Of a stretch of 64,000 nt of DNA, positions 33,945 through 48,254 are shown piece after piece. Numbering within the stretch: the first letter of the stretch is position 1; every line of letters begins with the position of its first letter. Source of the DNA: the human T2T-CHM13v2.0 reference genome, Homo sapiens; NCBI GenBank assembly GCA_009914755.4, contig CP086569.2, forward strand, positions 4,416,001-4,480,000, in the 5' to 3' direction. The notes below the pieces were generated by a model. That model was not told the DNA's origin. It saw only the letters and a list, made by a program, of their open reading frames with translations, and ran no database searches. A program made the position numbers and the translations under genes.

Positions 33945-36900
33945 GAACTTTTTTATCCATTCATCTGTTGATGAACACTTAGGTTGCTTCCAAATCTTAG
34001 CTACTGTTAACAGTGTTGCAACAAACATGGGAATGCAGATATCACTTTGATATACTGAATTCCTTTCTTTGGCGTATATACTCAGCAGTGGGATTGCTGA
34101 ATCAGAGTAGTTCAATTTTTAGGTTATTCAGAAACTTCCAAACTGTTCTCTAGAGTGGTTTTACTAATTCCTATTCCCATCTATGGTGTATAAGGGTTCC
34201 TTTTTCTCCACATCCTTGCCAGTATTTGTTTTTGCCTGTCTTTTGGATATACGCCATTTTAACGGAGCGAGATGATATCTCTCTTATTGTAGTTGTGATT
34301 TGCGTTTCTGTGATGATCAATGATGTTTAGCACCTTTTCATATGCTTGTTTGCAATTTGCATGTCTTCTTTTGAGAAATGTCTATTCAAATATTTTGTAC
34401 ACTTTTTTGATCAGATTATATTTTTTTCCCTCTACAGTTGTTTGAGCTACTTATATATTCTGGTTATTAATCTCTTCTCAGATGGGTAGTTTGCAAATGT
34501 TTTCTCCCATTCTGTGGGTTGCCTGTTCACTTTCTTGATTGTATATTTTGCTGCGAAGAAGCTTTTTAACTTAATGTAATCCCATTTGTTCATTTTTGCG
34601 TTGGTTGACTGTGCTTGTGGGGTACTGCTCAGGAAATTTTTGCCCAGACCAATGTCCTGAAGAGTTTCCCCAATGTTTCCTTGCAGTAGTTTCATGGTTT
34701 GAGGTTTTAGATTTAAACCTTTAATTCATTTTGATTTGATTTCTATATATGGGGAGAGAGAGGGGTTGTGAACCCCAAATAAATGAGACTGGTCTCAGTC
34801 AATTTAGGAAGTTTATTTTGCCAAAGTTAAGGATGCACACCAATTACACAGCCTCAGGAGGTCCTGACCACATGTGCCCAAGGTGGTCCGAGCACAGCTT
34901 GGTTTTATACATTTCAGGGAGACATGAGACATTAATCAATATATGTAAGATGAAACATTCATTTGGTGCAGAAAGGCAGGACGACTCAAAGCAAAGGCAT
35001 TACTACTTGAAGTTGAGAGGGGGCTTTCAGGTCATAGGTAGATAAGAGACAAATGGTTACATTATTTTGAGTTTCTGATTAAGCTTTCCAAAGAAGGCAA
35101 TCAGATATGCATTTGTCTCAGTGAGCAGAGGGATGACTTTGAATAGAATGGAAGGCAGGTTTACCCTAAGCATTTCCCAGCTTGACTTTTTTCCTTTAGC
35201 TTAGTGATTTGGGGGTCCAAAGATTTATTTTCCTTTCACAGGGTCTAGTTTCATTCTTTTCATATGGATATCAAGTTTCCCCAGCATCATTTGTTGAAGA
35301 GACAATTTTTTCCCCAGTGTATGTTCTTGGCATCTTTGTCAAAAATCAATTCATTGTAGCTGTGCGAATTTGCTTCTGAATTCTCTATTCTGTTCCATTG
35401 ATCTATGTGTCTGCTTTTTTGCCAGCATGCTGTTTTGGTTACCATGGCTCTGTAGTAAAATTTGAAGTCAGACAATGTGACTTGTCCAGTTTTGTTCCTT
35501 TTGCTCAGGATAGCATATACTATTCTGGGTCTTTGGTGGTTCCATATACATTTCACGGTTTTTTTTTTTCTATTTCTGCAAAGAATGTCATTGGTATTTT
35601 GACAGGGATTTCATTGAATCTGTAGATTGCTTTGGGAAATAAGGACATTTTAACAATATTGATTCTTCCAACCCATGAACATAAAATATTTTTTCATTTT
35701 TTGGGGTCCTCTTCAATTTCTTTCATCAATGTTTTATAATTTTCATTATAGAGATCTTTCACTTGTTTGGGTAAGTTAATTTCTAAGTATTTTATTGTAT
35801 GCGTGGCTACTGTAAATTGGATAACTTTTAAATTCCCTTTCACATGTTCACTGTTGGCATATAGAAATGCTACTGATTTTTGTGTGTTGATTTTGTGTTC
35901 TGCAACATTACTGATTTTTAAAATCAGCTCTAATAATTTTTGTGGAGTCTTTAGGTTTTTCTAAATATAAGATCATATAATCAGCAAGCAAGGATAACTT
36001 GACTTCTTCCTTTTCAATTTGGATGTCCTTTATGTCTTTCTCTTGTCTGATTCTTCTAGCTAGGCTTTCTGGTACTATGTTGAATAACGGTAGTGACAGT
36101 GCACATACTTGTGCTGCTTCAGATCTTAGAGAAAAGGCTTTCCATTTCTTTTTTCCTATTCAGTATGATACTAGCTGTGGGTCTGTCATACATGGCTTTC
36201 ATTATGTTGAAGTATGTTCCTTCTACACCCAGTTTTTTTTAAGGATTTTATCATGAATGAATATTAAACATTAGCTAATGCTTTTTCACCATCAATTAAG
36301 ATACTCATGTGGTTTTGTTTTCAGTTCTGTTCATGTGATGTATCACATTGATTGATTTGCATATGTTGAACCATCCTTGCATCCAAGGGATAAATCCCAC
36401 TTGGTCATGTTGAATGATCTTTCTAATGTATTGTTGAATTTAGTTTGATAGGATTTCGTTGAGGATTTTTGTATAAATATTTATCAGAGATATTGGCCTA
36501 TAGGATATTGGTCTATAGTATTTTTTTTTTAATGTGTCTTTGTCATGTTTTTGTTTCTGGGTAATACTGGACTCTTGAAATGAATTTGGAAGAATTCATT
36601 TCTTCTCTGTTTCTCAGAATAGTTTTAATAGGAGAATAGGATTTACATTACTTCTTTAAAAGTTTGGTAGAATTCAGCAGTAAAGCCATCAGTGTGCAGG
36701 ACTTTTTTTTTTCTGGAAGAGTCCTTATTATGGCTTCAATCTCATTACTTGTTATTGGTCTGTTCATGTTTTAGAGTTGTTTCTGGTTCAATCTTGGCAG
36801 GTTGAACCAGAATCTGTCCATTTCTTCTGGATTTTTAAAATTTATTGGCATATAGGTACTCATAGTTGTCACTAATAATCCTTTGAATTTCTGCAATGTC

Positions 36901-39900
36901 AGGTGTAATGCCTCCTTTTTCATTTCTGATTTTATTTATTGTAGCTTCTCTCTTTTTCTTATTTAGTCTGGATAAAGTTTTGTCAATTTTGTTTAAATTT
37001 TCAAAGAAACAACTTTTTGTTTCATTAATTTCTATATTTATTTCAATTTTATTTATTTCTGCTCTAATCTTTATTATTTCTTTTCTTCTGCTAATTTTGG
37101 ATTTGATTTACTCTTGCTTTTCTAGATTGATAATATGCATTATTAGATTGTTTATTTGAAGTTTTTTCTCTTTTTTTGACGTAGGCACTTACACCCCTTA
37201 GTTTTCCTCTCAGCACTGCTTTTGCTGTATCTGATAGGTTTTGGTATGTTGTATTTTCATTATCAGTTGTTTCAAGAAAAACTTCAATTTCTTTCTTAAT
37301 TTCTTTATTGACTCACTGGTCATTCGGTAGCATATTTTTTAATTTCCATGTAATTTCCATGTATAGTTTCCAAAATTTTTCTTGTTATTAATTTCTAGTT
37401 TTATTCTATCGTGGTCAGAGAAGATGCTTTAGATTATTTCTTTTTTTAATGTTTCAGGAATTCTTTTGTGACCTAACATATTGTCTATTCTTGAGAATTA
37501 TCCATGTGCTGAGAAAAAGAATGTGTATTTTGCAGCTCTTCAATGAAATGTTCTGTAAATATCTATTAAATCCATTTAGTTCATAGCGCGGATTAAGTCT
37601 GATGGGTTTTTTTGTTGATTTTCTGTCTGGAAGAGCTGTCCAATGCTGGAAGTGAACAATAAGTAATAATGAGGTGTTGAAGTCTCCAGCTATAATTGTA
37701 TAAGGGCCTATCTCTCTCTTTAGCTTTAAAAATATTCGCTTTATACATCTGTGTGCTCCAGTGTTGGGTGCATATATATTTCAAATTATTATATCCTCTT
37801 GCTGAATGGACCTCTTTGTCATTATATGATGACCTTCCTTTTCTCTTCTTATAGTTTTCATCTTGAAATCTATGTTGTCTGATATACATATTGTGACTCC
37901 TGCCCTTTTTTGATTTCCATTGGCATGGAATATTTTTTCTTTTCCTTTATTTTTAGTCTATGTGTGTCTTTATGATTGAAGTGTGTTTCTTATAGGCAAC
38001 AGATCAATTGGCCTTGTTTTTCCATGCATTCAGGCAGAGTTCAGTGCATTTACATTTAATGTTATTATTGATAAGTAAGAGCTTACTCCTGACATTTTTT
38101 AATTTTTATTTTTTCTGGTGGTTTTGTGATCTTCTCTTTCTTCTTTCTTTCCTCCCTGTCTTCCACTAGTGAGGATCATTTTCTCTGATGATATGATTTA
38201 CTTACTTGCTTTTTAACTTTTGTGTGCCTATTTTATATTTTTAGGTTGAGGTTACCATGAGGCTTTCAAATACTGTATTATAACCCATTATTTTATCCTG
38301 ATAAAAGCCCAACACTATTCACATAAAGAAACAAACAAAAAATTAAAAAAGAAAACTAATAAAATCTCACCTTAACTTTATCTTCCTGCTTTTTAACTTT
38401 TTGTTCTTTCTATTTGTGTATTATTTTTCTGCCTATGTCTTGAAAAGTTGTTGGAGCTATTATTTTTGATTGGTTCATTATTTAGTATTTCTAGTTAGGA
38501 TTAGAGCAGTTTACTCAACCAAAGTTACGGTGTTATAATATTCTGTTTTTCTGTGTACATACTATTACCAGTAAGTTTTGTACCTTTAATTGATTACTTA
38601 TTGTTCATTAATGTCCTATTCTTTCTAATTGAAGTGTTCCCTTTAGCATTGCTTTTAGGACAGGTCTGGTATTGATGAATTTCCTCAGCTTTCATTTGTC
38701 TAAGAAAACCTTTATTTCTTCTTCATGTTGGAAGGGTAGTTTTGCTGGGTATACTATTCTAGAATTAAAGTTTTTTTGTTTGTTTGTTTTTGTTTGTTTT
38801 TCTTCAGTACTTTAAATATGTCATGCCATTCTCTCCTGGCCCATAAGGTTTCCACTAAAAAGTCTGCTTCCAGACATATTGGAGCTCCACCACCACCCCT
38901 GGACATAAGGAATACTGCAAGACTACCACAGATGTTTAGTTAAGGCCCAGGGTCACTTTAGTCAGCTTGTGGTGAATGCTCCGTGGCCTGGGACTCACCC
39001 TTTAATGCAGTGGTTTCCCTTCTGTCCCAGGGCTGGTCCTGAAATGCCATCCAAGAGTCAAGTCCTGGAATCAGGGACTCCAAGAGCCCACTTGGTGTTC
39101 TACCTACCTGTTGTGTTGTTGGTACCTAGGATATAAGACAAAGTCCCCTTTACTTTTCTCTCAGTTTTTCTCAAGCAGAAAGAGTTTTGCCCCCTAACCA
39201 CCTCAGCTAATAATGTGCTAAGTTTCTCCTGGGAGCCAGCACATCTCAGAGACTCACCAAGGCCCTCACTATAGTACCAGGTATTGCTGTTGGTTTTTCA
39301 GGGCCCAAGGCTGTTCACTTAGGAGGCAATGAATGCTGACAGGACTGGGTTCTTTTCTTCAAAGCAACCGGTTCCCTTCTGGCCCAAGGCGTGTATAAAT
39401 ATGTCACCTAGGAGCTAGGGCCTGGGATAGGGGAACTCATGACTCAGGTTGGTACCCTATCCTACTGTGTTTGGGCTGCTATCCAAGATGCGAGACAAAG
39501 TCTCCCCACTCTTCCCTCTCCTCTCCTCAAAAGAAAGGAAGGTGTCTCTTTTGGAGCCATGATCTGTGCACTTTGGAGTTAGGTGATAGGAGCACTCCTT
39601 TTGCTTCCCTAGCTGGTGTCTCAGTATGTTGTGTGCCTCTGCAGTCTACTGTCTCTGTGGCCACTTCAGTCTTAGGACTCACCTGAGATTTGAAGTCTTT
39701 GTGGCCTAGACTGCCTTTCAAGTTTACTTAGAGACTGAGAGCACTTTGCCCTTCATGGTGAGGTTTGCAGACACTCAAGTTCAGATCACTGAGGTTGGTG
39801 ATTCCCATCTGGCTAGGGCTGGTTTAAATGCTCCCTGTGTGGGTGGTCATCAGCTAAGTTTGGTGTGATTTTCCTTTCTGTTCTAACAGAACAATACTGT

Positions 39901-40190
39901 GTTCAATGCCTCACAATTGCTGTGTTCTTCTTCCCCCAGCACCCAGAGAAGCTCTCTGCACCATGCCCCCAAGCCTGGGGTGGGGGAGGGGTGGCACCAG
40001 CGATTCTGGACGTTTTTTTCTATCACTTCAGTGCCTCTTCCAGCAATATGAATTTAATACCAGATACCTAATTTTTGGTTCTTATACAGATTTTTCTTTT
40101 GTTAACTTGGTGTCTTTGCTGGGGCAATGATTAGTGGAGCTTTCTATTCTGCCATCTTGCTTTGCCTCTCTTTTTTTTTTCTTTTAGAAA
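33945..40190 (-). mobile_element. Ancient L1 (L1MA/L1MB-like), essentially full length, antisense. ORF2 is about 33945-37900, ORF1 about 37900-38850, 5' UTR about 38850-40190. No 3' UTR or poly-A present
   Basis: Minus-strand ORFs 34447..34695 (..[28 protein letters not shown]) and 35287..35556 (..[37 protein letters not shown]) are from the ORF2 C-terminus. 36250-37600 is RT/EN antisense. 38850-40190 is a GC-richer 5' UTR-like sequence. Confidence 0.75.
34765..35237. mobile_element. About 470-bp insertion with TG..CA termini inside the L1, probable solo LTR of an unidentified ERV family
   Basis: L1 colinearity breaks at ..ctatatatggggagagagaggggt | tgtgaaccccaaataaatgag....ttttcctttcaca | gggtctagtttcattcttttcatatgg... 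The flanks align to the L1 sequence ..ggtgtaagataggggtccaatttcattcttttgcatgtgg. Possible 4-bp TSD gggt. Confidence 0.35.
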
Positions 40191-43100
40191 CAGGTAAATA
40201 CAACTGTTTAAGCATTATCATTAATATATAATGTTAAATTTTAAAATATATTATTTTTGTTCTACTACTTTGCTGGGGCAATGGAGCCAATGGAGAGAAA
40301 GATAACAAAATTTGTTTCTTAAAAACATATAAAAAGCCATTTCTCCCAATGTGAGAGATACTAATATGTACTCACCAAACCCATTACTTTCTCCTAATCA
40401 CACAGTTCTACTACATTTTTCAGGCTTCCTTGCTTAAGTGAGATTTTGTGTCTGATTTCTGAACAATAGAATTTAGGAGGAAGTGTTGGGCAATACTTCC
40501 AAGGCTATCCCATAAAAAAATTTCTACTGGGATTTCCCATGCTGCTGTCAGCAATGACTTCAGTAGTTATATGTTGAATATAGAGGAGCCACAAAATGAA
40601 AGGAGCCTGGATTACTGAATCACCACTTGGATGAGAGCTCCCAGCTAATTGGTAACCTATGTTTTTCACTTTATATAAATGTTAAACCACTCATATTTGA
40701 GGATTTATTTGTTACAATAGCTACTATAACTTTATTTAACAGAAATTCATTCTTTGAAACAAAAAATACCTGCCATAGCAGAAACCTAAAATACATGTAT
40801 AAGTTTAATGGTCATGCAGTGAGCAGAAAGGTAACTGACTTGGAGGCTGAAAATATGAAGGCCCATTATACGCAGTGGCAAAACATTTATTAACACTCTT
40901 GCCTGCTATAAATTGGAAGGAAAACCATATGCCCACTGAATATGCAGCTCCAAAGAGTCAGAGTCAGGGTAATAGTATATCCTGTTCTGATGTTCTGCAT
41001 TGAGAAAGTATTCAAAGAGATTAATTAGAAAAATATTTGGCTAGTTTGCAAGCAAAAATGAACCTGTCTACTTCTAGATCTGCATAAAGCAAAATTCTGG
41101 AAGTTCTTTCTATGCCATGAAAGATATATTAGAAAGACTTTGGCCTCTCCATCAATCTACAAAAGTCAGAAGAAAATTGGTCTCAGAGTCTAATTTGATT
41201 AATAAAAATAAATAATTTTAATTAACAATGATGTATTGTGACCAGTAGTGGATTCCAACTGAAGACTTAATCTCTAAATTTAAGAAAGTTAAAATCCATT
41301 TGAGTAGGGGAAAAAAAAGAATAAAAGCACAATTTAAAAGTAACTACAAACAAGTTAGTTCGATCTAGATAATTATATATTACAGTGCAAGTGGGTCCTC
41401 TAAATGATGGTTAGGGATGAGCAAATTAATAAATTATGTGGTTTTTAGGGTAGTAAGAAACAAAAAGCAATAAATCAATAATTACAGGATTAATGTAAGT
41501 TGTATAATACACACTGAGAGATTCAGGGAAAGGGCATGTAAAACAAGAGATAAATTTATCGCAAAAGTGGGTTTTAGTCCAAGTGTTTAAGAAGATGTGA
41601 GTAGAGTGGCCAAACGGGCTGACTAGAAGCAGCTAAATGGCATGGCTCTCACGGAAAGGAATGGAAGGGGTGAGTAAATACAACACCTTCAACTGAAACA
41701 TTCAGGTACTTACATTGGGTCTAATCTTGGAAACAACGTGACCCACGGAGACAGAGAAAAGCAAGGCAGGACACCGGCTCATGCAGGAGCAACACAGAGC
41801 CAAGGGAAGCTCCACTGCACAGAGAAGCAGTGAGTGAATGTGCCACTCTGGGAACCCATGCTGCTCCCACAGATTTTTGAAACCCTCAGGTCAGGAGGAT
41901 CCCTCATGAATCTGCTCCACTAAGGGCCTTCAGTCTGACGCATAAACATGTGTCAGGAGCTATGTGGAGTCTCAGCAGAGCAGCCACTCAGGCATACGCA
42001 GAGACCCAGGAGTTTAGATACTCCAGCTTTTCAGGGAAACCAGCAAAAGTAGCTGCAACTCCAGAAAAGTGGGTGGTTAGACTCCTGTACCTACCACTAG
42101 GAAAGATGTTGAATCCAGAGGGCAGAGCAATAATGGCCTACAGGCCCCGCTTCCACAGCTCCTCACAGGATAAGACCCACTGGCTTGGAATTCCAGCCAG
42201 CAACAAGTAGCAGCATTGCGCCTCCCTGGGTTTGAGCTCCCAGAGAGAGGGGTGGGCTGTAACTTTTGCTGTTTTGGTAACTAGCTGTTCCAGCCTTTGG
42301 GCTTTGGAAAGCCCAAGCTGACCAGGGATGGAAGCAGTACCCCAGCACAGCACAGCTTCCCTACAAAAACATGTCCAGACTGCTTTTTGAGTGGGTCCCC
42401 AATCCCATTCCTCATCACTGGGTAAAGTATCCCAATCAGGGTCTCCAGCTACTCCTACTGGTGTTCTCCAGCTGATAGAGGTTTCAGGTCTCCCTGGAAT
42501 GGAGCTCCCAGGGAAAGGGGTGGGCCGCCATCTTTGCTATTTGGGCTAGTTATTCCAGCCTTCAGGTTTCAGAGTATCCAAGGTGACCAGAGACTGAAAT
42601 GGACATCCAGCACAGCACAGCTGCTCTACAAAAACGTGGCCAGACTACTTTTATATGTGGGTCCTCAATCCCATTTCTCCTGACTGGGTGAGACCTTCCA
42701 ATTTTGGTCTTCAGCCACCTCTTACAGGTGCATGTGGGTGAGCAACAGGCCTGTACCTCCCTGGGACAGAGGTCCTAGAGGGAGGAGCAGACTGCCATCT
42801 TTGTTGTTTTGCAAGCCTTCACTGTGATACCTCCAGGTACTGGAAAATCTGAGGTGACTAAGCACTGGAGCAGATCCCCAGCATTCTGCAACAGCCCTAC
42901 AGAAAATTGGCCAGACTGTTACATGGGTACTTGTTCCCATATCTTCTCACCAGTCAGGTCCTCTAGCCACCCCTTACCAGAGCTATTCAGCCAGTATCAA
43001 CTCAGCAACTCCCTGGACAGAGCCTCCAGGGGCAACTGAAAGCCTCTTTGCCACTGCATCTAACACGAAGCCATCCTTGCTACCCTCTCACTAACAAAGG

Positions 43101-44841
43101 AGCAAGCACCCTTTGTGCCTCATTCACACTTCCAACAAGCTGCAGTCAACCCAAGGAAAGGAGGCCACTACATCTCCCATGGGTCCCCCACACATCTCAT
43201 TGCTTACTGCCACACAGGGAACCCCTGGTTTAGGCCCACAGCACAGACCCTCCATTCTGGGCTGATTGTACTGAGCAATTACTGAACAACATCTCTCTGG
43301 GGTGGGGCCCCCAGGAGATAAGTAAATTGGTGTAGCAGCAAGCCAGATGATATGGAGCCCAGAGGGTTTTGTGCAGGTGTGTCTGTAGCCAACCCTCTAG
43401 ACTTAACTTGCTCCCATAAGAGACTTTATGCCTAGGGGAATTATCAGACCTGATTTCTGCAGGGTGGTCTTGCACATCAGATAGGGCTAGTCCAACCTGA
43501 ACACTCCTTGGTCTGCTGGCCTCTTCTGGGACACCAGCCTAGCCATACCTGCTTACAGGGCAGTCTCACATGCCCCGGGGGCCCACACCATAGCTTTTCA
43601 GACAGTGGACAGTATGTGATCAATGGAGGGCTCCAGCAAGGCAGCCCCTATGTCCACGCACCAGCTGGCACATTCCCTCCCCATACTGCAGCTTCCTCTG
43701 AGCCCACGGAAACTCCCCATATTACTTTGCTGATGCATGTCTGCACAGGCATGTTTTGCTTTACTTGCCCTGCAACCACACGGGAGTACAGTGTGTCCTC
43801 TGACCCCTGCTCACTGCCATTGCAGACAGAGCTTTGACAGGCATAGAACCAGCAAGCTCCACCATGCCAGCACCCTGCTTTTGCACTAATGCTGCATGGA
43901 GAACGAGAGATCCTTCTGCATCCTAAGCAATCACTCCTGCTTGCAGGACACAGAGAAGGCACCCAGATCTGCACTGGCCAGCACCCCACCCCAAACCAAC
44001 ACCACCACCACCTTCAGTTCAACAGTGCACACAACCTCCAGCAGAGTCCTCCTGCTCCCTACCAACTGCCTTGCTTCCACCACTGTGGTGAACACTCACA
44101 GGGAGGCAGGCACCACTGCATTCCCTAGCACTTGGATGTAGCTGCAGCACCTCATTTCCCACCCCCAGCACAGTAGACTCCAAACCTTAAGGAGTCAGAG
44201 AACAAAGTGGGGGTTCAAGAAAAGTCTCTCAGAGTTAGAGCACATAGTCCAGGAGTTGGGAGCTGAACACTGGCCTGTGAAAATTGTCCAGAAATGAAGC
44301 CAGTTAGCTGAATCCACCTTAAACCACAATCAAATGCTCAAGGTCATCAAACAGAATAAAAGGAAAAAAAAAGTCCATCCAAAGGTCAGCAACCTCAAAG
44401 ATTGAAGGTAGATTAGACCACAAAGATGAGGAAGAATCAGCACCAGAATGCTGAAAATTCAAAAAGCGAGAGTACCTTCTTTCCTTCAAATATCTGCATC
44501 ACCTCTCTAGCAAGGTCAGTGACCAACAGAGGCTGAGATGACTGAAATGACAGAAGTAGAATTCAAAATATGGACAGAAATGAAGTTCACTGAGCTACAG
44601 GAGTACATTGTAACCCAACACAAGGAAGTTAAAAATCATGATAAAGTATTGCAGGAGCTGAGAGAAAAAATAACCAGTATAGAGAAAGTAACTGACCTGA
44701 TAGAGCTGAAAATTACACTGCAAGAATTTAATAATGCAATGATAAGTATTAATAGCAGAGTAGAACAAGCAGAGGAAAGAATTTCAGAGCTTGAGGACTG
44801 CCTTTCTGAAATAAGACAGTCAGACAAGAATAGAGAAAAAA

Positions 44842-45158
44842 GCATGGTGGCTCGCACCTGTAATCCCAGTACTTTGGGAGGCCAAGGCAGGTGGATGATT
44901 TGAAGCCAGGAGTTTGAGATCAGCCTGACCAACATGGCGAGACCCTATCTATACTAAAAATACAAAAATTAGCCAGGCGTGGTGGTGCATGCCTGTAATC
45001 TCAGCTACTTGGAAGGCTGAAGAACGAGAATTGCTGAAACTCAGGAGGCAGACGTTGCTGTGAGCTGGGAAGCACCACTGCACTCTAGCCTGGGTGACAG
45101 AGTGAGATGCTGTCTCAAAGAAAAAGGAAAAGAAAAGAGAAAAAGAAAAAAAAGAAAT
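44842..45158 (+). mobile_element. Alu (AluS/J-like) inserted in ORF1 of the L1, with a purine-rich tail
   Basis: gcatggtggctcgcacctgtaatcccagtactttgggaggccaaggcagg...gcctgggtgacagagtgagatgctgtctcaaagaaaaaggaaaagaaaagagaaaaagaaaaaaaagaaa. Confidence 0.9.
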
Positions 45159-45928
45159 TCCAACCAGAATTTTATATCTGGTAAAACTAAGCTTTATAAG
45201 TGAAGAAGAAATATCCTTTTCAGACAAACAAATGCTGAAGTAATTTGTTACCACCAGACTTGACTTACAAGAAGTCCTAAAGGAAACACCAAATATGGAA
45301 AGGAAAGACCATCACCAGCCACTACAACACCATACTAAAGTACGCAGACCAGTGACACTATAAAGCAACCACATAAACAAGTCTGCAAAACATCATGATG
45401 ACAGGATCACATCCAAACATATCAATACTAACCTAAAATCTAAATGGACTAAATGCCACACCTAAAAGACACAGAGTGGCAATCTGGATTTAAAAAAAAA
45501 AGATACATTGATATGGTCTTTTCAAGAGACCCATCTCACATTCAATGACACCCATAGTCTCAAAATAAAGGGATGGAGAAGAATCTATCAAGTAAATAGA
45601 AACAGCAAAAACCAGAGGTTGCAATCCTAGTTTCTGACAAAATAGACTTTAAATCAACAATGATCAAAGAAGACAAAGAAGGGCATTATATAATGGTAAA
45701 GGGTTCAATTCAACAAGAAAAGATTAACTACTCTAAATATATATGCAAACAACACAGGAGTACCAAGATTTATAAAGCAAGTTCTTGGAGACTTTAAAAG
45801 AGACTTAAGGCTCCCACACAATAATAGTGGGTGACTTTAACACCCCACAGGCAATATTAGATAGATCATTGAGACAGAAAATTAACAAAGATATTCAAAA
45901 CCTGAACTCAGAACTGGATCAAATGGAC

Positions 45929-45931
<3 letters not shown>

Positions 45932-45998
<67 letters not shown>

Positions 45999-45999
45999 A
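45932..45999. repeat. Compound (AT)n(AC)n microsatellite inside L1 ORF2
   Basis: (ta) repeated about 25 times, then (ca) about 8 times, read directly. Confidence 0.9.
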
Positions 46000-46289
46000 C
46001 TCTCCATCCCAAAACAACTGAGCCTCCCAAGTAGCTGGGATTTCATACTTCTCATCACCACATGATATGTACTCTAAAATAGATCACATAATCAGAAGTA
46101 AAACACTCCTCAGCAAATGCAAAAACACTGAAATTATAATAAACAGTTTATTGGACCTCATTGCAATCAAATTCAAAATCAAGACTAAGAAATTCATAAA
46201 AATAACCCATAGAATTACCTGGAAATTGAATAACATGCTCCTGAGTGACTTTTGGGTAAAATAAAATTAAGGCAGAAATCAAGAAGTTC

Positions 46290-46576
<287 letters not shown>

Positions 46577-47980
46577 TCAAGAAGTTATTTGAAACTAATG
46601 AGAACAAAGATATAACATTCCAGGATCTCTAGGACACACATAAGGCAGTGTTGAGAGTGAAATTTATAGCACTAAATGCCCACATCAAAAAGTTATAAAG
46701 ATCTCAAATTGACAACCTAACTTCACAACTAAAATAACTAGAGAACCGAGAGTAAACAAACCCAAAAGCTAGCAAAAGACAAGAAATAACCAAGATCAGA
46801 GCTGAGCTAAAAGAAATAGACATACACACACACACAAAAAAAAACATTCAAAAGATCAAACAAATCCAAAAGTTGCTTTCTTGAAAAAAAAAAATAGATC
46901 ACTAGCTAGACTAATAAAGGAGAAAAGAGAGAACATTCAAATGAACACAATAAGAAATGACAAGGGAGATATTACCACTGACCCCACAGGAATAAAAACA
47001 ACCATAAGATAATATTTTGAAAACCTCTATGCACGAAAACTAGAAAATCTAGAAGAAATGGATAAATTCCTGTACACACACAACCTCCCAAGACTGAACC
47101 AAGAAGAAAGTGAATCCCTGAACAGACAAATGAAGAACTCTGAAATTGAGGCAGTAATAAATAGCCTACCTCCCTCCAAAAGCCCATGACTAGATGGATT
47201 CACAGTTGAATTCTATCAGATGTGAAAACAAGAGCTGGTACCACTGCTACTGAAACTATTCCAAAAAACTGTGGAGAAGGAATTCCTCCCAACCTCATTC
47301 TATGAGGCCAACATCATCCTGACATCAAAACCTCTTAGAAATACAACAAAAAAAGAAAACCTCAGGTCAATAGCCTTGATGAACATTAATGCAAAAATCC
47401 TCCACAAAATACTGGTAAACTTAATCCAGCAGCACATCAGAAAGCTTATCCAACATGATTAAGGAGGCTTTATCCTTGGGTTGCAAGGGTGGTTCAATAT
47501 AGGCAAACCAATGAATGTGATTCATTACATAAACGGAACTGAAGACAAAAACCACAATATTATCTCAATAGATGTGGAAAGGGCCTTTGATAAAATTAAA
47601 CATTGCTTCATGTTAAAAACTCTCAATAAACTAGGTATTGAAGGAGAACACCTCAAAATAATGAGAGCCACCTATGACAAACCCACAGCCAACATCTTAC
47701 TGAATGGGCAAAAGCTAGAAGCATTCCCCTTGAATTCGGGCACAAGACAAGGATGGTCTTTCTCACCACTCCAATTCAACATGGTATTAGAAGTTCTGGC
47801 CAGGGCAATCAGGCAAGAGAAAGAAATACATGGCATCTAAAGAGGAAGAGAAGAAGTCAAACTATCCCTCTTTGCAGATGACATAATCCTATATCTAGAA
47901 AACCTTATAGTCTCAGCCCAGAAACTTCTTAAGCTGATAAGCAATTTCAGCAAAGTCTCAGGATATAAAGTGAATGTGCA

Positions 47981-48254
47981 GGCAGGGCAAGGTGGCTCAG
48001 GCATGTAATCCCAGAATTTTGGGAGGTCAAGACAGAAGGATTGTTTGAGCCTAGGAGTTCAAGACCAGTGTGGGCAACATGGCAAGACTCTGTGTCTACA
48101 AAAAAAATAACAAAAAACGGTGGTGTGCATCTATAGTCCCAGCTACTCGGGAGGCTGAGGTGGTGGGATCCCAGGAGATGGAGGTTGCAGTGGACCAAGA
48201 TCTCGTCACTGCACTCCAGCCTGGGCCACAGGGTGAGACACTGTCTCAAAAAAA
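47981..48254 (+). mobile_element. Alu (older, AluJ/S-like) nested in L1 ORF2, with a short TSD (atgtgca)
   Basis: ggcagggcaaggtggctcaggcatgtaatcccagaattttgggaggtcaagacagaagg...cctgggccacagggtgagacactgtctcaaaaaaa. The L1 sequence ..aatgtgca / catccatgtgcaaaaattactagc.. resumes after it. Confidence 0.85.

Noticed and set aside
40113-40282. 16-bp exact repeat ctttgctggggcaatg occurring twice about 150 bp apart at the 5' edge of the antisense L1
   Set aside because: It might be a TSD or local duplication, but the partner at the L1 3' side is absent because the element lacks its 3' end. I cannot interpret it further and it is too short to weigh.
45100-45160. Purine-rich (GA/A) tract that could be read as a regulatory polypurine element
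   Set aside because: It is the decayed A-tail of the Alu at 44842-45158.
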